From the NCBI GenBank assembly GCA_019338205.1, contig GCA_019338205.1_4761.1: a stretch of 64,000 bases of DNA; one strand, 5' to 3'. The position numbers were made by a program, and so were the translations under genes. Of this stretch, positions 63,693 to 64,000 are shown one piece after another. Within the stretch, counting starts at the first letter, position 1; each line of letters begins with the position of its first letter. Under the pieces are notes generated by a model that did not search any database, had not been told where the DNA came from, and saw only the letters and a program-made list of their open reading frames with translations. The stretch comes from a phage.

Positions 63693-64000
63693 ATGATCGC
63701 TAATGCTTTACCGCCAAAATGGATCGTAAGTCGCTTTTATACTCTCAAGGAAGGTAACGCACCTGATGGTCGTCCGATCCGAGATCTGTTTCTGGAGATG
63801 ACTACAGCCGAAGCACAGTTTTATAATGATCTGACAGACGATAAGCCATTTCTCGTAAATTCGGTGGACCTTGATGGCAATGTCACATCAATCATCACAC
63901 ATGGTGGGGGAGTGAAAAATATTACTTCTCTGCGTGATCACGGTTGGGAAATTGCTTGTGTATTTCCTGCGGATGTACGCGGATTCTTTGATGAGGTATC
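63693..64000 (+). CDS. hypothetical protein, N-terminal part (runs off window end)
   Basis: ATG 63693 with SD AGGAG; open to window end. Confidence 0.4.
   Translation, partial: MIANALPPKWIVSRFYTLKEGNAPDGRPIRDLFLEMTTAEAQFYNDLTDDKPFLVNSVDLDGNVTSIITHGGGVKNITSLRDHGWEIACVFPADVRGFFDEV

Noticed and set aside
1-64000. Prophage or temperate elements (integrase, repressor, att sites)
   Set aside because: None recognised; gene content is that of a virulent T4-like phage.

Overview
This window reads as a segment of a T4-like (Tevenvirinae) myovirus genome, probably a pseudo-T-even/RB49-type enterobacterial phage; all calls rest on motif and synteny recognition by eye, with no database search run. Positions 1-10339 (minus strand) carry the late baseplate operon 53-5-5.1-5.4-6-7-8 with an HNH-AP2 homing endonuclease and a small promoter cassette inserted. 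Positions 10395-15914 (plus) carry an HNH endonuclease, head/tail completion genes 4-2-3, dNMP kinase (1), 57A and 57B (Acb1-like 2H phosphoesterase). Positions 15950-47300 are a hyperplastic early region: about 20 repeated early-promoter cassettes (TTGACA-N16/17-TATAAT, conserved leader, many with GC-rich inverted repeats), arrays of small two-helix membrane proteins, several paralogous families, plus endolysin, GrcA-like protein, a nucleotidyltransferase, a macro-domain protein, tk, dam, nrdC, endonuclease VII, nrdD, nrdG and nrdH. Positions 47300-64000 hold the replication/recombination core: 55, 47, 46, 45, 44, 62, regA, 43, uvsX, 40, 41. The most unusual items are an ectopic gp38-like glycine-rich adhesin gene interrupted by one in-frame TGA, a roughly 9-gene multidomain family flanking nrdD/nrdG, a late-promoter-driven structured noncoding segment, and accessory enzymes (KNTase-like nucleotidyltransferase, macro domain, large P-loop NTPase) with no obvious T4 counterpart. 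No tRNA, CRISPR array or integrase was recognised.
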